Of a stretch of DNA of 62,031 bases, positions 20,410 through 28,838 are shown piece after piece. The DNA lies in the sequence record DRR723986_5242; one strand, written 5' to 3'. The notes beneath the pieces are model-generated. The model made no database searches, was not told the DNA's origin, and saw nothing but the letters and a program-made list of their open reading frames with translations. The first letter of the stretch is position 1; the number at the start of each line of letters is the position of its first letter. The translations under genes and the position numbers were made by a program.

Positions 20410-20436
20410 TTCACCATGTTACACCAATGTGGTGAA
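20410..20436. promoter_or_regulatory. candidate RHH operator (three CACCA half-sites)
   Basis: TTCACCA 20410-16, CACCA 20422-26, TGGTGAA 20430-36; ~25 bp upstream of the RHH start. Confidence 0.55.
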
Positions 20437-20718
20437 CATCGTCGACTTTAGAAGCTCGTGAAGACAAAATTACCCCACCATAAGTAGGCACTCTGAATCT
20501 TTAAGCTAAGGCCTTGTAAGAGAAGTGATGAGCAGCAAGCATTAACCTGGAAAGTTTAAGATTAGATGGGTGGAGCAGATCACGGAACGGAGCTATCTTT
20601 CTGCCAAATTTACCAGCAGGAGCGTGGCACCCTTGATAGCTCGTTAGTTTCCTACGATTAAATAGCTGGCCTGTGCCCCATATCAGATCATGCTGAAATG
20701 GCTGATGAGTTAAGGCTC

Positions 20719-20735
20719 TGGCCGAAAATCGGCCA
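20719..20735. repeat. palindrome TGGCCGA-AAA-TCGGCCA
   Basis: Perfect 7-bp stem sharing the TCGGCC/GGCCGA core of the 13490 element. Confidence 0.45.
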
Positions 20736-20896
20736 AAACCGTCGTCGCCTTTTTCCCATGTGATTTCCGCTGTCCACCAAAATCAGCTGTGTGTTCTTGA
20801 AACCTTCATCGCCGGCAAAGGCCTACAAGCGGCCACGCCGCTAAATCAATGTTGCGTCCTAAAACCGCACCTCAAACTGCCCGAAGATTATCTTTG

Positions 20897-21301
20897 CTAC
20901 GGTTTCTTAGATAGCTTGGCTAGTACAATGTAAGTGACTAAACCCAACAAAGCGAAAAATACAGGCAGAACCAAACGCAGTACAGCGATCGGCACCCAGT
21001 CAGACAACATCACAGGAATATCTGCGTAAAAAGCCTCTAGCTTCACAGCAAAGATCAGGTGGTCGAACGTGAGCTTGCCAAGTGTCAATACAAGCAGGAA
21101 CAGGATCGCTTGCTTTAAATGTTGTGCTATTGCACCAGCTAAGAAAGGCAAGGTAATCACAGTCGCTTCCAAAACAATCAAACTGTGTGAGTCGTTATTT
21201 TGAATCTGCAAGAAATCCAGGCCGTACAGCAGGGTCAACAATAAGAATGCGAGCCCTAAAGCCAGAGCCTGTTGCGCACTAAGTGAATTTTCAGCGGACA
21301 T
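20897..21301 (-). CDS. hypothetical integral membrane protein
   Basis: 134 aa with ~4 hydrophobic segments; no family recognised. Confidence 0.6.
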   Translation of the reverse strand: MSAENSLSAQQALALGLAFLLLTLLYGLDFLQIQNNDSHSLIVLEATVITLPFLAGAIAQHLKQAILFLLVLTLGKLTFDHLIFAVKLEAFYADIPVMLSDWVPIAVLRLVLPVFFALLGLVTYIVLAKLSKKP

Positions 21302-21380
21302 ACAAAATGCTCTCGGCTTCTTCGAGAATGATCGACTTGATCAAGTCGGTGGATTTACTTCCCATGATTCCCCACCTATG

Positions 21381-21629
21381 TCAATGCAGCCTTTGAAGCC
21401 ACTGCGCCGTCCACAGTGAATGAAGAAGCCATCTCGACCAAACATTACATTGTCTTCTAAGGGATGCAAGGGCACTCGCCAATTTCTCCAGTGTTGCAAC
21501 TTCAATGCCGCTCACTAAATTTGAAAACCTCGTGAGCCTACTTTTGACTTGAAACTTAATCAAAAAGATACTTGGGTCTGTGTGTTCGCGAGATACTGCA
21601 GCGTACGGAATATTTTTCCAACCAATCAA
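21381..21629 (-). pseudogene. possible degenerate XRE-type HTH remnant
   Basis: FSNLVSGIEVATLEKLASAL resembles the C-terminal half of XRE HTH domains; the rest of the ORF does not fit. Confidence 0.25.
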
Positions 21630-21649
21630 TCGAGATTCAAATCCACCCC

Positions 21650-22141
21650 ATGAAAACCCTGCTCATCATCTACCATTCCATCACAGGCGGCTCCAAAGCC
21701 ATGGCCCAGGCGGTGGCTGAGGGTGCAGGCACGGAACCCAATACCCGCACTGTGCTTTTGCCTGCCAGTGAAACAAACGCCGAACATGTTTTGAATGCGC
21801 ACGGCTATGTATTCGTTACCCCCGAAACTTTGGGCAGCATGGCGGGTTTGATGAAAGACTTTTTTGACCGCACCTACTATGCTGCGCTCGACCAAATCAA
21901 TGGGCGGCCCTACACGGTGTTGGTGTGCGCCGGCAGCGACGGGCAGGGTGCAGTCAAGCAAATTCAGCGCATTGCCACGGGTTGGCGTTTAACGGAAATG
22001 GCACCGCCACACATTGTGTGTACCCATGCACAAACGCCTGAAAAAATTCTGGCACCCAAAACCATTGCCCCTGCGGATTTGCAACATTGTCGCGATTTGG
22101 GCGCTGCATTCGCAGGTGGTTTGGCTTTGGGTTTGTTTTAA
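21650..22141 (+). CDS. flavodoxin-family NAD(P)H-dependent oxidoreductase
   Basis: YHSITGGS, TPETLGSMAGLMKDFFDRTYY, AGSDGQGA. Confidence 0.88.
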   Translation: MKTLLIIYHSITGGSKAMAQAVAEGAGTEPNTRTVLLPASETNAEHVLNAHGYVFVTPETLGSMAGLMKDFFDRTYYAALDQINGRPYTVLVCAGSDGQGAVKQIQRIATGWRLTEMAPPHIVCTHAQTPEKILAPKTIAPADLQHCRDLGAAFAGGLALGLF

Positions 22142-22150
22142 ATCACCAAT

Positions 22151-22795
22151 TCAGCTTCTCCACTCCGGAAGCCGCACATCCTTCCACACTGCAAAGGCTC
22201 GCAGGCCTACGGTCACCAGTACACAGCCCAGCATGTTCACATACGCCGGGTTGTCCAGTTCACGCAGGCCAATGTAAGCCCAGCCGCCGAAGAAGGCGCA
22301 AATGGCATAGGGGCGGTGGTCTTTGAAAGCTTGCGGAATTTCATTGCACACAATGTCGCGCAGCACACCGCCAAACACGCCAGTGATGACACCCATGAAA
22401 ACGGCCACCAAGCTGGGCATGCCCGCCATGATGGCTGCGAAAACGCCCGCGGCGGTGAACAGGCCCAGCCCCAAAGTATCGGGCCACAAAATGGCTTTTT
22501 CAGTGAACTTGAAATGTCGCTGCCGCATAAACAACATGGCCATGATGCACAGCACGAACACGGCCCACAGCAATTCAATGTATTTCACCCAGAAAAAGGG
22601 GCGTACATCCAGCAACAAATCGCGCAGCGTACCGCCACCAAAGGCTGCCAAAAAGGCCACCACGCACACCCCCACGGCGTCCAGCCGCTTGCGTGCACCT
22701 TCCAGAATTCCGCTCAGGGCAAAGGCCAGTGTGGCGACTACTTCAATGCCCAGTTGAATATTCTGGCTGAACTCCCCGGGGTTGAGCGTCGCCAT
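22151..22795 (-). CDS. trimeric intracellular cation channel (UPF0126) protein
   Basis: Duplicated AFGGGTLRD / GVFGGVLRD motifs. Confidence 0.9.
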   Translation of the reverse strand: MATLNPGEFSQNIQLGIEVVATLAFALSGILEGARKRLDAVGVCVVAFLAAFGGGTLRDLLLDVRPFFWVKYIELLWAVFVLCIMAMLFMRQRHFKFTEKAILWPDTLGLGLFTAAGVFAAIMAGMPSLVAVFMGVITGVFGGVLRDIVCNEIPQAFKDHRPYAICAFFGGWAYIGLRELDNPAYVNMLGCVLVTVGLRAFAVWKDVRLPEWRS

Positions 22796-22796
22796 G

Positions 22797-23162
22797 TCAG
22801 TTCACCGCCGCGCGATCAACGATCACATAATGTTTGCGCACGGGCTCCAGCACCTCGAAAACACCTGTGAATTCCGCAGGAATTACTCCGGCATCGCCCG
22901 GACCAAACTGCTCGGCCTGCCCTTCCGCATTCGTAATCTGAATGCGCCCTTGCAGCACATGGAAAAATTCGTCTTTGCCCGGGGCAAATGCAATGCGCCA
23001 AGCCCCTGTCTCGCAGGCCCACACACCGGCACTAACACCTTTGTTTTCATAGTGATTCCAGGTGCTGCGCAAAGGGTTGCCTTTTTCAAGCCGATCAGGG
23101 CGAGGGCGGTCATGTTCAAACGGCGTGTTGCACTTGGCAAATACAGTCAGTTTTTGTGTCAT
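22797..23162 (-). CDS. cupin domain protein (DUF861/EutQ-like)
   Basis: GVWACETG, EFFHVLQG, FGPGD..IPAEFTG, VRKHYV. Confidence 0.85.
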   Translation of the reverse strand: MTQKLTVFAKCNTPFEHDRPRPDRLEKGNPLRSTWNHYENKGVSAGVWACETGAWRIAFAPGKDEFFHVLQGRIQITNAEGQAEQFGPGDAGVIPAEFTGVFEVLEPVRKHYVIVDRAAVN

Positions 23163-23228
23163 GGATTGAACTTTGTTTTGAACCGTGGTCTATTGTAAAG
23201 GCAGGACTACAGGCAGGGGGCTTTAACG

Positions 23229-23312
23229 ATGAAACAGTTTTGGGAGGCCCTAGGGCAGTGGTCTGCAGCCTTGTTGTGTAGCGTCATGCTGTACGAAGTC
23301 TTTGCTGCATAA
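23229..23312 (+). CDS. candidate 27-aa small hydrophobic protein
   Basis: MKQFWEALGQWSAALLCSVMLYEVFAA*; AGGGGG 8 nt upstream of ATG; below the ORF-track cutoff. Confidence 0.4.
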   Translation: MKQFWEALGQWSAALLCSVMLYEVFAA

Positions 23313-23376
23313 AACCGGGGAATCGATTACGCCCGCTGGGTGTAGAATCTAGGCACGTTCAGCCCGAGGTTTTATC

Positions 23377-25290
23377 GTGTCTACCCCTTTCCGTGTGTTG
23401 TCCTTCATCCCGCCGATGACGCAGCTCAACACGCCCTATCCATCCACGGCTTACATCACCGGCTTTTTGCGCAAGCAGGGCGTTGATGCCGTGCAGGCAG
23501 ACATTGCACTGGGCCTGGTGCTCAAGCTGTTTTCACCTGAAGGGCTGGACAGGATTGCCTCTGAAATTGAGCAGTACGACGAAGTGACCGAGCGCGTGGC
23601 CCTGTTCATGGACCAGTTCAGCCGTTACCGTGCCACCATTGCCCCCACCATTCGCTTTTTGCAGGGGGGCGATTCCACCCTGGCGCACCGAATCAACAGC
23701 CGGGCTTTTTTGCCGGAAGGCCCGCGGTTCGAGGCGCTGGATGTGTATGTGGACGAGGATGGGGGCGACCCGCTGGCTTGGGCCTTTGGTGCCCTAGGCG
23801 CGCAAGACAAGGCACGCCACCTGGCCACTTTGTACCTGAACGACCTGGCCGATGTCATTGCTGATGCGATTGATGAGCGCTTTGAGTTTGTGCGGTATGC
23901 AGAATCGCTGGCCGGTAGCCAGCCCAGCTTTGACCCGCTGGCCAATGCCTTGCAGCAGCCTTTCACGCTGATTGATGAAATTCTTGTCGAGCTGACACTG
24001 GAGGAATTCAGGCGGCTGCAACCACAACTGGTGTTGTTGTCTGTGCCCTTTCCCGGCGCGGTGTATGCGGCCTTGCGCATGGCACAGGCCATGAAGGCCG
24101 AGAACCCCGCCATCAAGATTGGATTGGGTGGTGGCTATGTGAACACCGAACTGCGTGAACTGGGCGAGCCACGCCTTTTCGACTTCGTAGACTTCGTTAC
24201 GCTGGATTCCGGCGAGCGCCCCCTGCTTTGCCTGATTGAATACCTGCAAGGCAAGCGTGGCCCGCAGCGTTTGGTGCGCACTTTCACACGCAACGCAGAT
24301 GGCAAAGTGCAGTACACCAACTGGGCTGAACCCGATGTGCCGTTTGGCGATGTGGGCACTCCTACTTGGGATGGTTTGCCATTGCACAGTTACCTCAGCC
24401 TGCTCGACATGCTGAACCCCATGCACCGGCTGTGGAGTGATGGGCGCTGGAACAAGCTGACTGTGGCGCACGGATGTTATTGGAAAAAATGCAGTTTTTG
24501 CGATGTGTCGCTTGACTACATTTCCCGCTATGAAAACGCCACAGCCACCGAGCTGGTCAATCGCATTGAACAAATTGTGGCAGAGACCGGGCAAACCGGT
24601 TTTCATTTTGTGGACGAGGCTGCACCCCCCAAAGCCTTGAAGGCCTTGGCACAGGAATTGATTGCCCGCAATGTGTCCATCTCTTGGTGGGGCAACATAC
24701 GGTTCGAAAAATCCTTCACGCCCGAGCTTTGCCAGTTGCTGGCTGACAGTGGCTGCATTGCGGTTAGTGGCGGGCTGGAGGTGGCATCCGACCGCTTGTT
24801 GAACCTGATGAAGAAGGGCGTTTCAGTGGAGCAGGTGGCGCGGGTCACCAAAGGCTTTACCGATGCCGGCGTGTTGGTACACGCTTACCTGATGTACGGC
24901 TTCCCCACTCAAACTGTGCAAGACACCGTGGATGCGCTGGAATACGTGCGCCAATTGTTTGCCGAGGGCTGTATTCAATCGGGTTACTTTCATCGTTTTG
25001 CCTGCACAGTGCACTCGCCAGTGGGTAAAAACCCGGAAGAATATGGCATTCAATTGAAGCCCTTGCCCCAGGGCACTTTTGCGAAAAACGACATCGGCTT
25101 TATCGACCCCACGGGTGTAGACCATGCAGCGCTTGGCGAGGGCTTGAACCGCGCGCTTTACAACTACATGCACGGCATTGGCCTGGACCAGAATGTGCGC
25201 AGCTGGTTTGACCAAAAAGTGCCTCGCCCCACGGTGCAAAAAAACTTCATTGAGCAGGCTTTGTACGGCAAACCAGTCAAAACAGCTTAA
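23377..25290 (+). CDS. B12-binding-like domain radical SAM protein
   Basis: CYWKKCSFC (CxxxCxxC), HFVDEA, GGLE, YLMYGFP; N-terminal Rossmann-like region. Confidence 0.88.
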   Translation: MSTPFRVLSFIPPMTQLNTPYPSTAYITGFLRKQGVDAVQADIALGLVLKLFSPEGLDRIASEIEQYDEVTERVALFMDQFSRYRATIAPTIRFLQGGDSTLAHRINSRAFLPEGPRFEALDVYVDEDGGDPLAWAFGALGAQDKARHLATLYLNDLADVIADAIDERFEFVRYAESLAGSQPSFDPLANALQQPFTLIDEILVELTLEEFRRLQPQLVLLSVPFPGAVYAALRMAQAMKAENPAIKIGLGGGYVNTELRELGEPRLFDFVDFVTLDSGERPLLCLIEYLQGKRGPQRLVRTFTRNADGKVQYTNWAEPDVPFGDVGTPTWDGLPLHSYLSLLDMLNPMHRLWSDGRWNKLTVAHGCYWKKCSFCDVSLDYISRYENATATELVNRIEQIVAETGQTGFHFVDEAAPPKALKALAQELIARNVSISWWGNIRFEKSFTPELCQLLADSGCIAVSGGLEVASDRLLNLMKKGVSVEQVARVTKGFTDAGVLVHAYLMYGFPTQTVQDTVDALEYVRQLFAEGCIQSGYFHRFACTVHSPVGKNPEEYGIQLKPLPQGTFAKNDIGFIDPTGVDHAALGEGLNRALYNYMHGIGLDQNVRSWFDQKVPRPTVQKNFIEQALYGKPVKTA

Positions 25291-25323
25291 TATTGACAGT
25301 ATGTAAACTTCAAAGGTGGCACC

Positions 25324-26631
25324 ATGCGTTTAAAAACCCTGTTGATGCCCATGATCACCCAGCACCGGTTTGCGCGCACTACCCTGCTCGCCCAACGCGC
25401 CAAGGCCGAGAAAGCCCGTCTGGCCTCGGGCCGCCCCCACGAGGTTTATTACTTCCACCAGGTGGATGACCCTTACAGCCATTTGCTCGCCCAGGCTTTG
25501 CCCCGCTTTTTGGCGCGTTACAACATTGAATTGAAGCCACATGTGGTGAGCCCCCCAGCCGACTCGGCCGCACCTGAACGGGAAAAACTGGTGGCCTACA
25601 GTCGAGTGGATGCTGCTTTGCTGGCGCAGCGCCACGGTTTGAGTTTTGTGGATCACGGCCGGCAACCAGCCTTAGCGCGTGCCCGTCAGGCTGCCCACAC
25701 TTTGGTGGCAGCCATTCAAAGCGGGCAGTTTGTTGAGCATGTGGCCTCGGTGGGCGAGTGGTTGTGGGCCAGCGATGAAACCCAAATGCCCCCCGAGCAA
25801 TTCAATGCATTGAAACCGGTGTCCAGCCAAGACGTGCAAAACCACATTGCACAGGCCGACGGGTTGCGAGACAAATTAGGGCACTACCTGGGCGGCATGT
25901 TGTGTTACGAGGGCGAGTGGTACTGGGGCATTGATCGCCTGTACCACCTCGAGCAACGCCTGCAGGCTTTGGGTGCGCAAGCCAATGGGGCCATTGCCTT
26001 GCTGTTTCCCGCAGACGATGGTTTTGAGCATGCCAAACCACTGGAGAACCCGCCAGACATTGATTTTTTCTTTTCCTTCCGCAGCCCCTATTCCGCGATC
26101 GTGACCCCGCGCATTTTCGAGTTGGGGCGGCGGACTGGTGCGAAAGTCAATTTGCGTTTTGTATTGCCCATGGTGATGCGCGGCTTGCCTGTGCCCAAGG
26201 TGAAGCGCGAATACATTGTGTACGACACCGCCCGGGAAGCGCATGTGCGCGGCATTCCCTTTGGCCGTTTGAACGACCCCGTTGGCAAACCCACCGAACG
26301 TGGCCTGGCCTTGATCCCGTTTGCCGAGCAGCACAGCAAGGGGCAAGAATTTGTGCTTTCCTACATGCAGGGTGTGTGGGCTGAAGGCATTGATGCCGGA
26401 AGCGACAAAGGTTTGAAAAAAATTGTCGAACGCGCTGGTTTGCGTTGGGAAGGTGCACAGGTGGCTCTGCAACACGAGGCCTGGCGAGAGCGTGCGAAAG
26501 CCAACAGAGAGGAGCTTTTTGCTGCTGGTTTGTGGGGGGTGCCCTCATTCAAAGTGGGCAACACCGTGGTGTGGGGGCAAGACCGCCTGTGGGCTGTGCA
26601 TGAAGCTTTGAAATTTCACTTAGCAACCTGA
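25324..26631 (+). CDS. tandem DsbA/HCCA isomerase (GST-kappa-like) protein
   Basis: Two related domains (DDPYS...YWGIDRL and FRSPYS...GVPSF...WGQDRL). Confidence 0.82.
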   Translation: MRLKTLLMPMITQHRFARTTLLAQRAKAEKARLASGRPHEVYYFHQVDDPYSHLLAQALPRFLARYNIELKPHVVSPPADSAAPEREKLVAYSRVDAALLAQRHGLSFVDHGRQPALARARQAAHTLVAAIQSGQFVEHVASVGEWLWASDETQMPPEQFNALKPVSSQDVQNHIAQADGLRDKLGHYLGGMLCYEGEWYWGIDRLYHLEQRLQALGAQANGAIALLFPADDGFEHAKPLENPPDIDFFFSFRSPYSAIVTPRIFELGRRTGAKVNLRFVLPMVMRGLPVPKVKREYIVYDTAREAHVRGIPFGRLNDPVGKPTERGLALIPFAEQHSKGQEFVLSYMQGVWAEGIDAGSDKGLKKIVERAGLRWEGAQVALQHEAWRERAKANREELFAAGLWGVPSFKVGNTVVWGQDRLWAVHEALKFHLAT

Positions 26632-26829
26632 TTTGCCTTGCTGAACGGGTGGGCATTTCACCGACCCATACGAGCAAAAAACACAGCAATCTCCAGGTTT
26701 GGGTTTCAACAAAATATTGCAGTGTTCACACTTGAAGAAAAACAGGCAGGCGTCCGTTGGCATTACGCAAAGGGTGCTTTTGCCGCAACTTGGACAAGTC
26801 AAAATCGACTCACGTACAACTTCAGTCAT
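26620..26829 (-). CDS. GDCCVxC domain-containing Cys-rich protein
   Basis: TCPSCG...MPTDAC...CEHC...PKPGDCCVFCSYGSVKCPP; 69 aa; follows merT. Confidence 0.9.
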   Translation of the reverse strand: MTEVVRESILTCPSCGKSTLCVMPTDACLFFFKCEHCNILLKPKPGDCCVFCSYGSVKCPPVQQGKSGC

Positions 26830-26846
26830 GGTGCGTTCCCCCGCTT

Positions 26847-27161
26847 TTACATGAACCATGGCACTGCCAACATGAGCATTGAAAGCACGGCGATTAACCA
26901 GTAAATCAGCTTCTGACCGCGGCTGCAAGCGTTGCAACCCTCCCTGCGCCAGAACATTTTGTAGTAAGCAAATGCCAGCAAGCTGATCGTGATCACCATA
27001 AAAACGGGTCGGTAGGGTTCCAACGCAGCAAATATGCCGATTGATGCACTGCTTCCCACGCCCACAGCCAGCAGCAGAAGCGGACCAAGGCAACAAACGG
27101 AAGCCCCGAATGCCGCGAGTGCGGTCGCAATCAGGGTGCCGGTATTTTGAGGTGTTGTCAT
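26847..27161 (-). CDS. merT: mercuric ion transporter MerT-like
   Basis: ASVCCLGPLLL, ALEPYRP, cytoplasmic CxxC, KLIYW. Confidence 0.88.
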   Translation of the reverse strand: MTTPQNTGTLIATALAAFGASVCCLGPLLLLAVGVGSSASIGIFAALEPYRPVFMVITISLLAFAYYKMFWRREGCNACSRGQKLIYWLIAVLSMLMLAVPWFM

Positions 27162-27192
27162 GTTGGTATTTCTCAATGCATTAGGAAGTGAT

Positions 27193-27224
27193 ATTGTGAA
27201 AGCCGTACCTAAGTACGGAGTCAA
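27193..27224 (-). promoter_or_regulatory. MerR operator/promoter for merT
   Basis: Minus strand TTGACT-CCGTAC-TTAG-GTACGG-CTTT-CACAAT: classic mer dyad within a long -35/-10 spacer. Confidence 0.92.
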
Positions 27225-27229
27225 CAGGC

Positions 27230-27637
27230 ATGATTCAAAAACACACATTAAGTATCGGCGGGTTGGCCCAGGCAGCGGGCGTGAATGTTGAAACCATTCG
27301 TTACTACCAGCGCGTGGGCATGCTTGCACAACCTGCAAAACCCCTTCAGGGCGCCCGTAAATATGGTCCACGGGACATCAAGCAGATCCGCTTTATCAAG
27401 CGAGCGCAGGCCTTGGGTTTTACCCTGTCCGAGGTGGCTGAACTGCTAGCGTTGGGCAATGCGAGTTCCTGTCGTGAAACGCAGGTATTGGCTGAAAGCA
27501 AGCTGGAGTCCATTAGCTCACGGATTCAAGACCTTGTAAAAATGCAGGATACTTTGCAGCAGCTTGTGGCGCGGTGTAATGCAATAGACAAATCGACCAA
27601 TTGCCCCATTATTGATGCATTGGTGGGCGATGAATAG
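27230..27637 (+). CDS. merR: Hg(II)-responsive regulator MerR
   Basis: IGGLAQAAGVNVETIRYYQR, FIKRAQALGF; three Cys placed like the MerR Hg triad. Confidence 0.9.
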   Translation: MIQKHTLSIGGLAQAAGVNVETIRYYQRVGMLAQPAKPLQGARKYGPRDIKQIRFIKRAQALGFTLSEVAELLALGNASSCRETQVLAESKLESISSRIQDLVKMQDTLQQLVARCNAIDKSTNCPIIDALVGDE

Positions 27638-27638
27638 C

Positions 27639-27669
27639 TTGACCTTGTCACCATGTCAGGGTTTCTAAT
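27639..27669 (+). promoter_or_regulatory. MerR-family (CueR-like) promoter with 19-bp spacer
   Basis: TTGACC-N19-TCTAAT containing the dyad ACCTTGTCA-CCA-TGTCAGGGT (7/9 pairs). Confidence 0.75.
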
Positions 27670-27701
27670 AAAGTAAAATAAGTACTGATCAAGGAAATTT
27701 C

Positions 27702-28349
27702 ATGCCAGGTTGCAACCATTGCCCCTCTGATGAAGCGGCCAAGTCTGCTGCAAACAATCCCGGTTTTCGCAAGGTATTGTGGATCGCGCTGATTGCGAAC
27801 GCAGCCATGTTCTTCATTGAAGTGGGTGCCAGTTGGTCGGCAGGCTCCGTATCTCTGCTTGCCGATTCGCTCGATTTTGGTGGCGATGCGGCCAACTATG
27901 CTTTGTCCCTGTTTGTGTTGGGCATGGCGCTTCAAACCCGTGCCAAAGCAGCCCTGCTCAAGGGAGTGTCCATGGGCTTGTATGGCTTGGGTGTGTTGGG
28001 TTTCGCAGCATATGCAGCCATGCACGGCGAGGTTCCATCGTACGCCACCATGGGCGTCGTGGGTTTAATGGCTTTGAGCGTGAACGTGGGCGTTGCAGCC
28101 ATTCAGTACCGTTATCGCAATGGCGATTCCAACATGCGCTCGGTGTGGCTGTGCAGCCGCAACGATGCAATCGGCAACCTCGCGGTGTTGGGTGCTGCAT
28201 TGTTGGTGGGTGTTACGCAAACAGCCTGGCCCGACTTGGCGGTGGCAGCGCTCATGGCCACACTCGGTTTGACCGCTTCGTTCAGTGTCATCAAACAGGC
28301 AAGGGCTGAAATACGGGGTGAGGCGATCACCGGTGCACATTCTCATTGA
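27702..28349 (+). CDS. short CDF-type cation transporter
   Basis: N-terminal CNHC, SLLADSLDFGGDA, WLCSRNDAIGN; ~6 TM segments. Confidence 0.85.
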   Translation: MPGCNHCPSDEAAKSAANNPGFRKVLWIALIANAAMFFIEVGASWSAGSVSLLADSLDFGGDAANYALSLFVLGMALQTRAKAALLKGVSMGLYGLGVLGFAAYAAMHGEVPSYATMGVVGLMALSVNVGVAAIQYRYRNGDSNMRSVWLCSRNDAIGNLAVLGAALLVGVTQTAWPDLAVAALMATLGLTASFSVIKQARAEIRGEAITGAHSH

Positions 28350-28387
28350 TTTGAGGTATTGAACCTTTTTCTGTCTGTGTTACTCTC

Positions 28388-28753
28388 ATGCCGATGAAGA
28401 AAATTTATGTTCTGTTGTTGATCATGATGCTTCCGCTGCAAAGCCTGTGGGCCGCGGTGGAGTTGTATCACGTGCACGACTCAGGGCATGCTTCGTCGCT
28501 TCAAGCGGTTGGTCATTCTCACGGTAATCATGATCACTCCAGTACCTCTGCCGATACGCAAAGCCTTCAAGACAACGCGGGTAAATCGACATGTGATGCC
28601 GACCACCACCACTGCCATGCTCACAGTGTGAGTGTGCTGCCCAGCCTGTTGACCATTGAAATGCTTCCCCATGCCCTGGATCAGGAATCTGATCAATTCA
28701 CGGGCTTTCAATCTTTTTCTTCAAACCGCATCGAACGCCCGAAATGGGCCTGA
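28388..28753 (+). CDS. His-rich CzcI-like periplasmic protein
   Basis: Signal peptide LPLQSLWAA, CDADHHHCHAH, C-terminal IERPKW; first gene of the RND operon. Confidence 0.7.
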   Translation: MPMKKIYVLLLIMMLPLQSLWAAVELYHVHDSGHASSLQAVGHSHGNHDHSSTSADTQSLQDNAGKSTCDADHHHCHAHSVSVLPSLLTIEMLPHALDQESDQFTGFQSFSSNRIERPKWA

Positions 28754-28838
28754 ACAAAACCTGAGTTAGTTGTCCGTTTTGGCCTGCCTATGCCGGCTCA
28801 AGACTGAAATTTCATCAGCTTTTGTTTGGAGAGAATCC

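Larger units (their letters stand above)
11900..21640. other. compositionally atypical accessory/defence block (boundaries approximate)
   Basis: Visibly AT-richer than the flanks with more TAG/CTA words, especially 13.4-15.9 and 19-21.6 kb; RM-like, nuclease and orphan genes; no integrase or att site seen. Confidence 0.65.

Noticed and set aside
20835-20858. attC-like right end (CGCCGCTAAATCAATGTTGCG)
   Set aside because: No GTTRRRY match, no complementary left arm and no integron integrase
26620-26829. Selenoprotein version of GDCCVxC
   Set aside because: No in-frame TGA; all positions are Cys codons
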